Positions 40,110 to 50,775 of a stretch of 64,000 nt of DNA are shown here, in pieces. The stretch spans positions 32,001 to 96,000 of the forward strand of contig CAVVHE010000004.1 of NCBI GenBank assembly GCA_963748015.1. The letters run 5' to 3'. The stretch comes from Terriglobia bacterium. GTDB lineage: Bacteria > Acidobacteriota > Polarisedimenticolia > Polarisedimenticolales > JAIQFR01. The notes beneath the pieces are model-generated. The model was not told where the DNA came from. It was given only the letters and a program-made list of their open reading frames with translations, and made no database searches. Every line of letters starts with the position of its first letter. The first letter of the stretch is position 1. The position numbers and the translations under genes were made by a program.

Positions 40110-42220
40110 GGCGAGCCCCCCTGAGACGGCGGGGCCTGGGCCCCGGGCGCCGCGGGAGTTTCCGTGCCCCCCGCCGGCGCCGGTCCCGCGGCGACGATGA
40201 ATTTCCGCTCGCCCCGGGCGATCTCCTGGTCGCCCTTGAGCACCCGGACCTCGTACCGGAACTCGCCGGCGCCCATGGTCTTCGCGGGGACCAGATCTCG
40301 GATCTGGGCACACAGCTCGCCGCCCAGATCGAGGTTCTGAGGCTCGAAGTTGACCGACGTCTCGCCGATCAGCTTGCGCTCGGCGCGGAGCGACCCCTTC
40401 TGGTTCGCGCCGCGGCAAACCAGGGTGACGAGCGCCGTCGGGTCCTCGGGGCGGACGGGCTCGTTCTCGCCGCGGGACTTGAAGCCACGTCCCACCGTCG
40501 AGCCGTTCCGCCGGAACAGGCCGGCCATCGGCTGCAGGATCGCGAACGGCCCGATCGCGGCCGGAACGTCCCGGAGGTCGGGCCACGCGCCTTCGGACTG
40601 CTTCGAGCAGATCTGATCGGTCGAGGTCTCGTGGGCGACCGCGACGATCTCGTACTCGCCGGGGGCGAATCGCATTTCCTGCTCGAAGACGAGGGGTACG
40701 CCCGCGGCGGAGACCTCCATGCGCGCCGAGGAATCCGCTCCCACCTGGCCGTGCGAGACGACCGAGGCTCCGAGATCCCAGCTTGCCCCCTGGTACTGCG
40801 ACGCGGGGACGAGAAGCTGGACGAGCGCCCCGAACGAGCCTCCCGCGTACCCCGTGGGAATGAGGCGGACATCGAGCGGCACGTCCGAGCGGGTCACCTG
40901 AGGCGTCGAGAAGGCGCCGAGGATCCTGGAAGTCAGCCGCGCCGACTCGCTTTGAATCACGAGCCGTCCGCGCGCCTGCACCGAGACGCCCGGCTTGCTC
41001 ACCGTCACCTTGATCGGAAGCGGCTCGTCCACCTGGAGGCCGGAGGAGTCGAAGCTGAGGAGGAACACGCACGAGAGGTCCTGTAGCACCCGCATGGCGA
41101 TCTTGGCCCCGACGACCCCGTTCAGGAACGCCTGCCCGCCGGTCTCGAGCGCCATCGCCGAAAGGGTGTCCTGCGCGTCGTGGATCCTCACGGACGACGG
41201 GAGCTGCGAGTTGTTCGCGAAGTACGAGGCCCCGAACCCGACCCCCTGCGACATCGAGAGGCTGACGAGCCCCTGGGCCTCGATCGGGTAGAAGCGGATG
41301 CCGTTGGCCGCCGCCTCGGTGATGATCCGGTCCATGGTCATCGAGCCGAATCTCGCGTCGGCCTGGAGCTGGTCCGCGGAGTCGTACTTCTGGCTCGAGT
41401 CACTGAAGATGCTCAGAAAGTGCCCGCCAGGCCGCGAGCGCATCGTGTCCGCGAAGTAGAAGACCGCCTTGGGCGGATCCACGTCCGAGAGCGCGCCCAT
41501 CACCATGCTGAGGCGGTTCAGGGACTTCTGCATCTCCCAGGATTCCTCGGCCTGGTAGAAGCGGGCGCGGCCGATCGCCTGGTGCAGGCCTCCCATCGGG
41601 TCGTCGAGGATCTTGAGAACATCGTCGACGCGGCTCTCCTCCAGCGTCGCGTACGGGCTCCACTGGGCCCGATCCTTCTCGAGGCGGCCGAGCGCTTCGA
41701 GCAGCTTCGGGACGTCCGATGTGAGGGGAGCGATCGTCGCCATCTCTCGCGCGCTGCTGACGATCATTCCCGTCGCCTCGCCGGTGATCAACTTGGGAAC
41801 GATCTCGCGGGACAGGTCGAGCGCGCGCTGCCGTCCCGTCATCGTGAGGTGCGTCTGGTCGAAATAAAAGAGGTACGTCGCGGGACGGGACCGCACGGGG
41901 ATCTGCTTCGCCACGGACGGGGTGGGCGCCGCCCCCGGGGAGTCCTCCTGGGGCTGCTGGGCCGAGGGCTGGCAGACGCGGTCGACGATCACGCCCTCGA
42001 TCTTCCGGAACAGGATCTTGACCGTGAAGTCGTCGGGACCGAGCGTCTCGAGAATTTCCGGCTTTCCGGTCAAGGTCACGTCGATCTGCGCGAGGTGGGT
42101 GCTCGCCTTCTCCACGAGCCCGATCCGCTTCGGCTCTTCCGCCGCGCGCGGCACCTCGGACGTCCCGCCGGCGAGGAGGACCGCGAGCACCGCGATCCCG
42201 TCCCTGACGGACTTCCTCAT
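40106..42220 (-). CDS. Secreted VWA-like domain protein, paralog 1
   Basis: Signal peptide; YLFYFDQTHL, A..GIRFYPI, ALETGGQAFLN, LSCVFLLSF, resembling VWFA-related proteins common in Acidobacteria. Confidence 0.75.
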   Translation of the reverse strand: MRKSVRDGIAVLAVLLAGGTSEVPRAAEEPKRIGLVEKASTHLAQIDVTLTGKPEILETLGPDDFTVKILFRKIEGVIVDRVCQPSAQQPQEDSPGAAPTPSVAKQIPVRSRPATYLFYFDQTHLTMTGRQRALDLSREIVPKLITGEATGMIVSSAREMATIAPLTSDVPKLLEALGRLEKDRAQWSPYATLEESRVDDVLKILDDPMGGLHQAIGRARFYQAEESWEMQKSLNRLSMVMGALSDVDPPKAVFYFADTMRSRPGGHFLSIFSDSSQKYDSADQLQADARFGSMTMDRIITEAAANGIRFYPIEAQGLVSLSMSQGVGFGASYFANNSQLPSSVRIHDAQDTLSAMALETGGQAFLNGVVGAKIAMRVLQDLSCVFLLSFDSSGLQVDEPLPIKVTVSKPGVSVQARGRLVIQSESARLTSRILGAFSTPQVTRSDVPLDVRLIPTGYAGGSFGALVQLLVPASQYQGASWDLGASVVSHGQVGADSSARMEVSAAGVPLVFEQEMRFAPGEYEIVAVAHETSTDQICSKQSEGAWPDLRDVPAAIGPFAILQPMAGLFRRNGSTVGRGFKSRGENEPVRPEDPTALVTLVCRGANQKGSLRAERKLIGETSVNFEPQNLDLGGELCAQIRDLVPAKTMGAGEFRYEVRVLKGDQEIARGERKFIVAAGPAPAGGTETPAAPGAQAPPSQGGSP

Positions 42221-42331
42221 CCTGCGTCCTCCCGGCCCGGCGGGCCGCTCCTACCTTTACTCGCTCGAAACGGGGCGGTCAAGGCGCGCTTTTCCCCCGA
42301 ACGGCCTGCTGCGGTTGCCGCGCAGCAACCT

Positions 42332-43105
42332 TCATCCTTTCCGGTGCACGTGCGTCGCCGACGCCTGGTCCGTGGGCAGGACGACCAATTCCGCGACCTG
42401 GACGTGGTCCGGCCGCGTGGCCACGAACACCACGATCTCCGCAACGTCGTCCCCCGAAAGAGGCGTCACCCCCTTGTACACCCCCGCGGCCCGGTCCCCG
42501 TCCCCGTGGAAGCGCACCTCGCTGAACTCGGTGAGGACCATGCCGGGCTCGACGCACGCGACGCGGACCCCCGTTCCGAGAAGGTCGATCCGGAGCCCCG
42601 CGGACAGGGCGGCGACGGCCGCCTTGGTCGCGCAGTAGACGTTTCCTCCCGGGTAGGCTTGCCGTCCTGCGATCGACCCGATGTGCACGACGGTGCCCCT
42701 CCGCCTCGCGGCCATGAGCGGGACCACCGCGCGGTCCACGTGGAGGAGCCCCTTGACGTTGGTGTCGATCATCTCGTTCCAGTCGCCGAGGTCGCCCTCG
42801 TGCAGCTTGTCGAGCCCCCGGGAGAGACCCGCGTTGTTCACGAGAACCTCCACCGCCTTCCAATCGTCCGGAAGGCCGTCCACCGCGGCCCGGACCTCGT
42901 CGGCGTGCCGCGTGTCGAGCCGGAGAACGCGCACCTCGGCGGCGCCCGCGGCGAGGAGCGATCCGACCTCGGCCGTGATCCTCTCGGCGCGCCGGGCCGC
43001 GAGGAGGAGCCTCGCCCCTTCCCGGGCGAAGGCCCGGGCGCAGGCGGCGCCGATCCCGCTGCTGGCTCCCGTGACGAAAACCACCTGGCCTTTCACTCTC
43101 GACAT
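42332..43105 (-). CDS. SDR oxidoreductase (YdfG-like NADP-dependent 3-hydroxy acid dehydrogenase)
   Basis: TGASSGIG, LVNNAGLSRGL, YPGGNVYCATK, TEFSEVRFHGD. Confidence 0.9.
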   Translation of the reverse strand: MSRVKGQVVFVTGASSGIGAACARAFAREGARLLLAARRAERITAEVGSLLAAGAAEVRVLRLDTRHADEVRAAVDGLPDDWKAVEVLVNNAGLSRGLDKLHEGDLGDWNEMIDTNVKGLLHVDRAVVPLMAARRRGTVVHIGSIAGRQAYPGGNVYCATKAAVAALSAGLRIDLLGTGVRVACVEPGMVLTEFSEVRFHGDGDRAAGVYKGVTPLSGDDVAEIVVFVATRPDHVQVAELVVLPTDQASATHVHRKG

Positions 43106-43230
43106 GCGCTTCCTCCCCGGGATGTGAACCAGCATAAAGACTACCTGATCCGGCTCCCGTCGTCCCCCTACGAAGCCTCTCGTTGCGAGGCGGAAGGGCG
43201 CGGCGTATAAGAGTCGCAGCGGAGGAATGC

Positions 43231-43734
43231 ATGAAATCGAGCCGGATCGCCTCGACGGGGGCCTTCGCCCTCGTCCTCGTCATCGTTTCTCTCGCCTCCT
43301 TCACCCGCGCCGCTTCGCCGGAGGGGCGGTGGCGCCTGGTGGAGCAGCGCTACGAGGCCGGGGCGGCCAACACGATGGCCGACGGCCCCGCGCTCCGCCT
43401 CGAGTTCACGCGAGACGGAGGCCGGCTGGCCGCGCGGATGTGGGCCGGGGACGATTCCTCCGCCGCGGTTCCCTGGCCCGCGTTCTCGGCGAGCGAGGGG
43501 AAGCGCGACGCCCTCGTGCTCGAGCGCGGCGAGGACGCGCTCGCCGGGGAGGTGGCGGTTCGCTACCGGATTCCTCCCGCTGCCGGAGACGACCTCGTTC
43601 TCGAGGTGACCGAGCGGTACAAGGTCTCCTCCGACGGCGAGACGCTCGAGGGAACCGTGGAGGTGAAGTTCCTGGGGGGCGACAAGAACCGCGGCGGCTA
43701 CACGCTCCACCGCCGCTTCGAGAGGGAGAAATGA
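43231..43734 (+). CDS. Hypothetical secreted protein (lipocalin-like beta barrel possible)
   Basis: RBS GGAGG, signal peptide, EGRWRLV, SSDGETL. Confidence 0.7.
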   Translation: MKSSRIASTGAFALVLVIVSLASFTRAASPEGRWRLVEQRYEAGAANTMADGPALRLEFTRDGGRLAARMWAGDDSSAAVPWPAFSASEGKRDALVLERGEDALAGEVAVRYRIPPAAGDDLVLEVTERYKVSSDGETLEGTVEVKFLGGDKNRGGYTLHRRFEREK

Positions 43735-45860
43735 GCCGCCCGCGCGCGGCGGCGCTCTTTCTCGGCGCGCTCCTGGCCGGAGGCTTCCCGGTCGCGGCGC
43801 AGACCGTCTCGGGGCAGGCGTTCGAGGACCGGAATGGCAACGGGATCCGGGACGCCGGCGAGCCCGCGCTCCCGGGAGTGGCGTTCGAGCTGTTCGGGAC
43901 CCGCGACGCCGGTGGAGCGTACGACCAGTCGGCGAGCAGCGGCCCGGACGGCGCGTTCTCGTTCTCACCGGGAAACGGCTGCTACCTGCTCCTCCCCGGC
44001 GACCCCGCGGGCTGGCGGCTGACCTCGGCGAGGAGCGACGGGTTCGTCAAGGGGACGCCGGGATACACGTCGCCGGTCGGTCAGCCGCGGTTCGCCAAGA
44101 TGGACCAGGGGATCGCGCACCTGAAGGCCGGAGGGATTCGTTACGCCGCGATGGGGGACAGCATCGCCTACAACTGGAACTCCTGTTTCGACACCTCGTC
44201 CTTCTGGTACGCCAAGCAGATCCAGTCCCGCCTGCAGTGCGTCGCCCCCGCGGCAGCCGTTTCCCTCGACCAGGCCGCGGTGAAGGGGGAGCACACCGAC
44301 GACCTGCTCGTGGACGACACGGCCGACCTCAACAACGTGTTCCGCGCGATCGCCAACCAGCCGCAATACGTGACGATCTCGATGATCGGGAACGACCTCC
44401 TCGGCGTGGACCCCGCGGGGACGCCGACGCAGGACCAGGTCAACAAGGCGATCGCCGAGGTGCTGGACTCGCGCCAGAACCTGCAGGAGGTCCTGTCGTC
44501 GCTCGTTTCCGAGATCCCCGGCGCGGACGTCGCGGTGAACACGCTCTACGACAACCTGGCCTACAACTGCTACACGGGGGCGACCTCGACGTTCCACAAG
44601 CAGTGGCTGCCGATCGTCAACCGGATCCTGCGCGATCTCGCGTGGGGGCAGACGCGGCGGGCGTCCATCAACGAGGTCTCCGAGGACTTCGCCCACGAGA
44701 ACCAGGCGGACGCATGCCTCGGCTTCGACGGGATGATCTGCCGCGACGTCTTCCAGACCGACAACATCCACCCGAAGAGCAACGGCTACACGGTCATCCG
44801 CGAGAAGCTGTGGGAAGCGGACGGCGGCGTCAACCTGGGGACCAAGGACGTCCTCGGGCGCACGTCCATCGCGAGCGACGCCGGCTTCCTGCGCAGGATC
44901 CGGCGGGTACTTCCGTCGTCGTGGAGGACGCTCGGCGGCGCGGCGGTCGCGAACCCGGCCGCGGCGCTGAGCGACCAGGACGGGGGCGTCCCGGCGCAGA
45001 TCACGCTCGGCATCGGGAGCGAGGAGTTCCGGCTGTCCGGCTTCCCGGACTGGTTCGACGAGGACCGGATCGTCCGCGCGGTCGCCGGCGTCCGCTACAG
45101 GACCACCGGCGCGGTGAGCGACGACTTCTACCGGATGGAGGCGTCCACGACCGGCCAGTTCAGGCCCGGGCCGGGACACGCCTACACGCCCACGGACTGG
45201 AACTACTACACGCCGATCGTCGGCGGGGGAGGGCCGAACCAGCCCATCGAGAACCCGGACTACCCCACCGAGAAGCTCCTCGTCCGGCCGAACGTCGCGT
45301 CGTATCGCGACGTGTCGGCCACGCTGACCAAGAACCCCGTCCTCCCCGCCGGCTCGGGCGAGTACCAGTGGCCGCCCGTCGGCCAGACGGACCTCTCGAC
45401 GACCGAGATCCGGGTCGCTTCGGCGCCGGTCGCGGCGACCTCGGGAAACGACGCCTACCAGGTGGAGCTCGACGCGGCGTGGCTCGACCTCTACGGCTGG
45501 CAGGCGCCGCGGCCCGCGGAGATCGCGAACGTCGAGGTCTCGCGCCTCGCCGACGGCACGATCGAGGTGGCGTTCGACCCGCTGTCGGGGGCGCAGCGCT
45601 ACAACCTGTACTTCGGGAGGCTGGCGACGCTCCCGTCCGGCGCCTACGACCACGGCGCCGCCGCTCCGGCGGGACCGCTCTGCGCGGCCCCGGCCGCCGA
45701 CGCCGGCGGCGGGCGGCTGAAGATCGTCGCGTCGGTCGCGCAGCAACCCTCGACCGACGCGTACATCCTGGTCACCGCGCACGCCGACGACGTGGAGTCG
45801 CCGGCCGGGTACCGCACCGGGCCCGAGGAGATCGACCGCTCGCAGTCCGTCTGTCGGTAG
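43731..45860 (+). CDS. Secreted SGNH/GDSL hydrolase with N-terminal SdrD-B-like domain
   Basis: [35 protein letters not shown]. Confidence 0.8.
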   Translation: MSRPRAAALFLGALLAGGFPVAAQTVSGQAFEDRNGNGIRDAGEPALPGVAFELFGTRDAGGAYDQSASSGPDGAFSFSPGNGCYLLLPGDPAGWRLTSARSDGFVKGTPGYTSPVGQPRFAKMDQGIAHLKAGGIRYAAMGDSIAYNWNSCFDTSSFWYAKQIQSRLQCVAPAAAVSLDQAAVKGEHTDDLLVDDTADLNNVFRAIANQPQYVTISMIGNDLLGVDPAGTPTQDQVNKAIAEVLDSRQNLQEVLSSLVSEIPGADVAVNTLYDNLAYNCYTGATSTFHKQWLPIVNRILRDLAWGQTRRASINEVSEDFAHENQADACLGFDGMICRDVFQTDNIHPKSNGYTVIREKLWEADGGVNLGTKDVLGRTSIASDAGFLRRIRRVLPSSWRTLGGAAVANPAAALSDQDGGVPAQITLGIGSEEFRLSGFPDWFDEDRIVRAVAGVRYRTTGAVSDDFYRMEASTTGQFRPGPGHAYTPTDWNYYTPIVGGGGPNQPIENPDYPTEKLLVRPNVASYRDVSATLTKNPVLPAGSGEYQWPPVGQTDLSTTEIRVASAPVAATSGNDAYQVELDAAWLDLYGWQAPRPAEIANVEVSRLADGTIEVAFDPLSGAQRYNLYFGRLATLPSGAYDHGAAAPAGPLCAAPAADAGGGRLKIVASVAQQPSTDAYILVTAHADDVESPAGYRTGPEEIDRSQSVCR

Positions 45861-45957
45861 CGCCCGAGGGGGACGGCGGCCGCACGCCCGCGACCTCGAC
45901 GATCTAGAATGGGGCGAGTGCGGGCGTGCCGAGCCCTTACCAACGAGGAACGAGACG

Positions 45958-46758
45958 ATGTCCCAGATGCACGAGGTCGACTACAAGATCTTCGGCGACG
46001 ACATGCAGTTCGTGGAGGTCGAGCTGGATCCCGGCGAGGCATCGGTCGCCGAGGCGGGCGGCATGATGTACATGGAAGACGGGATCGCCATGGAGACCGT
46101 CTTCGGCGACGGCTCCGCGCAGCAGCGCGGCTTCCTGGACAAGCTCGTCGGCGCGGGAAAGCGCCTCCTCACCGGGGAGTCGCTGTTCATGACCGTGTTC
46201 GTCAACCAAGCGCAGGGGAAGAGGCGCGTGGCGTTCGGGGCGCCGTACCCCGGGAAGATCCTCGCCATCCGGCTGCCGGAGATCGGCGGCGAGCTCATCG
46301 CCCAGAAGGACTCCTTCCTCGCCGCCGCGAAGGGGGTGGCGATCGGCATCGCCTTCCAGAAGCGGCTCGGCGTGGGGCTGTTCGGTGGCGAGGGGTTCAT
46401 CATGGAGCGGCTCACCGGGGACGGGCTCGTCTTCGTGCACGCGGGCGGCACGGTTCACGAGCGCGCGCTCGCTCCGGGCGAGACGATTCGCGTCGACACC
46501 GGGTGCATCGTGGGGTTCCAGCCGAGCGTGGACTACGACATCGAGGCCGTCGGTGGGATCAAGTCCGCCCTCTTCGGAGGGGAAGGGCTGTTCTTCGCGA
46601 CCCTGCGGGGCCCCGGGAAGATCTGGCTGCAGTCGCTGCCGCTGAGCCGCCTCGCCGGGCGCATCATTGCCGCCGCCCCGCAGACGGGACGCGGCGGGCG
46701 CGAGGAAGGCTCGCTTCTCGGCGGGATAGGACGGATCCTCGACGGCGACAACCGGTAG
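45958..46758 (+). CDS. AIM24/TIGR00266 family protein
   Basis: [43 protein letters not shown]. Confidence 0.92.
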   Translation: MSQMHEVDYKIFGDDMQFVEVELDPGEASVAEAGGMMYMEDGIAMETVFGDGSAQQRGFLDKLVGAGKRLLTGESLFMTVFVNQAQGKRRVAFGAPYPGKILAIRLPEIGGELIAQKDSFLAAAKGVAIGIAFQKRLGVGLFGGEGFIMERLTGDGLVFVHAGGTVHERALAPGETIRVDTGCIVGFQPSVDYDIEAVGGIKSALFGGEGLFFATLRGPGKIWLQSLPLSRLAGRIIAAAPQTGRGGREEGSLLGGIGRILDGDNR

Positions 46759-46795
46759 CACGCGTCCCGCTGGGCCACGGGCGGGAGAAGGGGCC

Positions 46796-49723
46796 ATGGG
46801 GACTCGGCTGGGCGGGCTCGCACTGGCGATCGCCGCGGTCGCGGCTCCGTCCGCGACGGCCGCGACGAAGCCGGTCCTGACCCTCTCCTTCGACGAGGGC
46901 TTCGACGGCACCGGTCCGTCGGGCATCGTGAAGGCGGTCGTCGAGGGCGCCCCCGCGCTCGTCGTGGGACGGACCGGCCGCGCGCTCGAGTCGGGTCCCT
47001 CGACCGGTTACCTGGCCTTCCCCACCGAAGGCATCCTCGACCCTCGCGGCGGCACCATCGAGATGTGGGTCCGGCCGGTGAACTGGCGCGCCGCCGAGGA
47101 GGACTACCACGTCTTCCTCGACGCGCGCGGCGAAGGCGTGCTCTACCTCTACAAGTTCTACAAGGGGAGTGACGTCCTCTTGCTCGCCGGAGCGAGCGTC
47201 GACGGGCCGTACCGGGAGAGTCGCGAGGACGCGGGGAGCTGGATACCGGGGGAGTGGCACCATCTCGCCGGGACCTGGTCGGCCGACACGCTCCGGCTCT
47301 ACGTGGACGGCCGGCCCGCCGGGCCGTGCGTCGCAACCGGGAACCTGCCGCGGAAGTTCGGCGCGACGTTCCGGATCGGAGATCACCCGTGGGGCTCCTC
47401 CCGCGCGACCTCCTCGTTGATCGACGACGTCCGGATCTACGACCGGCCGCTCGGCGAGGAGGAGATCGCGGCGCATTTCCGCGGCGATTTCGATGCGGAG
47501 GCGCCGCTGCGGCGCGATCGATCCACCCTCGCGTTCGATCTGCATCCGGAGCGTTGGGATGCGGAGGTCCGCCTCTGGGCCGGGGGTGCCTTCATCGAGG
47601 ACGGCCGCCTCGAAGCGAGGGCCGCGATCGTGCCGGCGGGCGGCGGTCTTCCCGCGGAGGCGACGCGCCTGCCGTTCAGGGCCGGGCAGGCGGTCGGCTC
47701 CGTTCCCGTCGGCTCCCGCGAGCCGGGGGAGTACGAGGTCCTCGCGGAGGTCCGGCGAGACGGCGAGCCGGTGTTCGACCTGCGCCGGAGCCTCGTGATC
47801 CCGAGGCTCGACTGGCGAGGGAGCGCGGCGGGCGCCGACGACCGGGTGATCCCGCCGTGGACCCCGGTCGAGGCAGAGGGGAGGGCGGTCCGCTGCTGGG
47901 GGAGGGAATACCGCTTCGACCGTGGGCCGCTTCCCTCGCAACTCCGCTCCGCGGGAGAAGACCTCCTTGCCGCACCGGTCCGGCTCGTTCTCGCGAGCGG
48001 CGGAGCGGAGGTGCGCTGGAGCCGCCGCCGCGCGGACGTGTCCCCCTCCGGTTCCGGAACACGGCGCATCGTCTTCGGCTACTTCGAGGGAAAGCTCGGG
48101 GCGTCGCGCGCGCGGGTGGACGTGACGGCGACCGTCGAGTACGACGGCGTGACCGTCTTCGAGCTCTCGGGCGACTCCGTCTCCTCCATTCCGCTCGACG
48201 CGCTGGCGGTCGAGATCCCGCTCGCCGCCTCCCGCGCGGTCTACAGGCACCGCCACCGCTCCGCCGGGCCGGCGCTCTCGGGGCGGCTTCCGGAGGGCGA
48301 GGGGATCGTGGACGGCGGCGCCTTCGCCCCGTTCTACTGGCTGGGCGACGACGACCGCGGCCTCTTCTGGTTCGCGGAGTCCGACGAGAGCTGGCCCAAC
48401 GGCCGGTCGGCCGACGCGATCGAGGTGGTCCGCGCGGGTGGGCGCGTCCTGCTGCGTCTCAACCTCCTCGGCCCGGGTCAGACGATGCCGCGCGGGTGGA
48501 AGTTCGTTTTCGGCCTCCAGGCGACGCCGGTCAAGCCGATGCCCTCCGGCCGGCGCCGCTGGCGGCTCCAGCCCGCCCGGGGCGCGAGCGCGAGCATCCT
48601 CTGGCCGGTGCCGAAGGGCGACTCGCTCAGGTACTACGGGTATCCCGAGGCCGCGGATCCCGCCGCGTTCCGTTCCCGCGTGGATGCGTTGCATGCGGAG
48701 GGCGTGAAGGCGGTGCCGTATCTCCTCCTCACGCACCTCTCGTCCGCCGCCCCGGAGTGGCCGTTCTTCCGAACGCTTTGGGGCACGGGACTGGCGGATG
48801 CGAGATCGACGGACGTCCTGGCATACGGCTCCGCCCTCGAGCGGATCTCGCCCTACGGGAAGGAGTTCGCCGATTTCATCGTCCGGAAGACGATCGAGTT
48901 CGTCGCGACCCACGGCCTGGACGGCATCTATCACGACAACACCATCCCGTTCCCCCTGGCGAGCGTCGACAGCGGCACCGGCTACCGGCGCGGCGGGAGG
49001 ACGTACCCGAGCTACCCGATCCTCGGCTATCGCGAGCTCTACCGCCGGATGGCGGTCGCGCTCGCGGGGCTCGGGCGGGAGACGCTGACCGTGGCTCACA
49101 TGTCCGGCGAGATGGACGTACCCGTCGTCGGTTGGGACGACGCCTATCTCGACGGGGAGCAGTTCGCGGGACTCGTCGAGGACAGCTATCCGGACGTGCT
49201 GCCGCTCGACGCGTTTCGCGCGGAGTTCATGGGGCGGCAGTGGGGCGTCGCGCCGTTCTTCCTGCCCGAGCTGAAGCCGCCGTGGTCCGAGCGGGTCGAG
49301 CCCACGCGCGGGATGATGGCGCTGCTGATGCTGCACGACGTGAGCCTCTGGCCGATCCGGTGCAACGTCTCCGTCGTGAACGAAGCGCTCGCGGCCCTCG
49401 ACGCCTTCGGGTACGCCGACGCGGAGTTCATCCCGTATTTCGACGCGCGGCCGCCCGCGGCGACCGGGATGAAGGACGTCCACGTCAGCGCGTACAGGAA
49501 GGGGGACGGCTCGGTCCTTCTCGTCGCCGCGAATCTCTCGAGGGAGGACCGCGCGGGCGAGCTCCGCATCGACGGCCCTCGCCTGGGCCTCCCCTTGCGC
49601 CGTGTCCTGACCTGGCCGGACCGACGCGAGATCCCCGCCGAGGACGGCCTCGTCCGTGTCGAGATCCCCCGCCAGGGTTACCTGCTGCTGTTTCTACCTC
49701 CCGGCCAGCGAGGACGAGGCTGA
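46796..49723 (+). CDS. Secreted LamG-domain protein with a putative glycoside hydrolase-like catalytic domain
   Basis: GTIEMWVRP, WHHLAGTW, LYVDG, IDDVRIYDRPL (LamG); VIPPWTP, FGLQATPVKP, DGIYHD, LDGEQ. Confidence 0.7.
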   Translation: MGTRLGGLALAIAAVAAPSATAATKPVLTLSFDEGFDGTGPSGIVKAVVEGAPALVVGRTGRALESGPSTGYLAFPTEGILDPRGGTIEMWVRPVNWRAAEEDYHVFLDARGEGVLYLYKFYKGSDVLLLAGASVDGPYRESREDAGSWIPGEWHHLAGTWSADTLRLYVDGRPAGPCVATGNLPRKFGATFRIGDHPWGSSRATSSLIDDVRIYDRPLGEEEIAAHFRGDFDAEAPLRRDRSTLAFDLHPERWDAEVRLWAGGAFIEDGRLEARAAIVPAGGGLPAEATRLPFRAGQAVGSVPVGSREPGEYEVLAEVRRDGEPVFDLRRSLVIPRLDWRGSAAGADDRVIPPWTPVEAEGRAVRCWGREYRFDRGPLPSQLRSAGEDLLAAPVRLVLASGGAEVRWSRRRADVSPSGSGTRRIVFGYFEGKLGASRARVDVTATVEYDGVTVFELSGDSVSSIPLDALAVEIPLAASRAVYRHRHRSAGPALSGRLPEGEGIVDGGAFAPFYWLGDDDRGLFWFAESDESWPNGRSADAIEVVRAGGRVLLRLNLLGPGQTMPRGWKFVFGLQATPVKPMPSGRRRWRLQPARGASASILWPVPKGDSLRYYGYPEAADPAAFRSRVDALHAEGVKAVPYLLLTHLSSAAPEWPFFRTLWGTGLADARSTDVLAYGSALERISPYGKEFADFIVRKTIEFVATHGLDGIYHDNTIPFPLASVDSGTGYRRGGRTYPSYPILGYRELYRRMAVALAGLGRETLTVAHMSGEMDVPVVGWDDAYLDGEQFAGLVEDSYPDVLPLDAFRAEFMGRQWGVAPFFLPELKPPWSERVEPTRGMMALLMLHDVSLWPIRCNVSVVNEALAALDAFGYADAEFIPYFDARPPAATGMKDVHVSAYRKGDGSVLLVAANLSREDRAGELRIDGPRLGLPLRRVLTWPDRREIPAEDGLVRVEIPRQGYLLLFLPPGQRGRG

Positions 49724-49772
49724 ATGGGTTCGCAGACGACCCTCTTTCGGGTCGGCGAGAACCCATTCAGCC
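49718..49772 (+). repeat. Hairpin repeat family B, copy 3
   Basis: GGCTGAATGGGTTC-GC-AGA-CGACCC-TCTTTC-GGGTCG-GC-GA-GAACCCATTCAGCC; supplies the stop codon of the upstream gene. Confidence 0.8.
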
Positions 49773-49879
49773 GAGGACGAGCGGTTGACGGGCCGAGCGG
49801 GCGGCAGGCCCCGGATTCGAACGGGGAGGCCGGGCGCGGCATAATGGCGTCGTCACGGGGCGCGTGGCGAGGGGCGGCG

Positions 49880-50770
49880 ATGGAGACCGGGCGGGTATTT
49901 CACGTCCAAAGATTCTCGATTCATGACGGGCCCGGGATCCGAACCACGGTCTTCCTGAAGGGGTGCGCCCTGTCGTGCGCCTGGTGCCACAATCCGGAGG
50001 GGCGCTCTCCCGCGAGGGAAGTCGTCAAGATCGAGGAGCGGTGCATCCGGTGCGGCGCGTGCGTCGAGGTCTGTCCGAGCGGCGCCGCCGAGGACCCGGT
50101 TCCCGGAGTCGGCTGCGAGCGCTGCGGCGCGTGCGTCGCCGCCTGCCCGACGGGGGCGCGGCAGGGCGTCGGGCGGGACGCGACCGTCGCGGACCTCGTG
50201 GCGGAGGTGGAGCGCGACCGCGTCTTCTTCGAGGAGTCGGGGGGCGGGGTGACCTTCTCGGGAGGCGAGCCGCTCGCCCAGGCGGGGTTCGTCGTGGAGG
50301 CGCTCGCGGCGCTGCGCGCGCGGTCCCTCGCCACCGCCCTCGATACCTGCGGCTTCGCCTCCCGCGAGGACCTGCTTCGCGCCGCGGCGAACGCGGACCT
50401 CGTGCTGTTCGACCTCAAGCTCATCGACGACGAGCGGCACCGCGAGCTCACCGGCGTGCCGAGCGCGCCGATCCTCGAGAACTTCCGCGCTCTCGGCGCG
50501 GCGCACGGCAACGTGTGGGTCCGGATACCGGTGGTGCCCGGCGTGAACGACGACGCCCCGAATCTCGAGGCGGCGGCGAGGACCGCCGCCTCGGCCCCCG
50601 GCGTGCGCCGGGTGCACCTGCTTCCCTACCACGGGACCGGCGCGAGAAAATTCGGCCGGGTGGGGATACCGTACGCGCTGGGGCACGTCGAGCCGCCGGA
50701 CCCGGACCACATGGAACGCGCCGCCGAGCCGTTCCGCCGCCTCGGCCTCGACACACGCATCGGAGGGTAG
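49880..50770 (+). CDS. Glycyl-radical enzyme activating protein
   Basis: HDGPGIRTTVFLKGCALSCAWCHNPE, ferredoxin insert CxxCxxCxxxCP twice, GGVTFSGGEP, LLPYH. Confidence 0.95.
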   Translation: METGRVFHVQRFSIHDGPGIRTTVFLKGCALSCAWCHNPEGRSPAREVVKIEERCIRCGACVEVCPSGAAEDPVPGVGCERCGACVAACPTGARQGVGRDATVADLVAEVERDRVFFEESGGGVTFSGGEPLAQAGFVVEALAALRARSLATALDTCGFASREDLLRAAANADLVLFDLKLIDDERHRELTGVPSAPILENFRALGAAHGNVWVRIPVVPGVNDDAPNLEAAARTAASAPGVRRVHLLPYHGTGARKFGRVGIPYALGHVEPPDPDHMERAAEPFRRLGLDTRIGG

Positions 50771-50775
50771 ACGCC

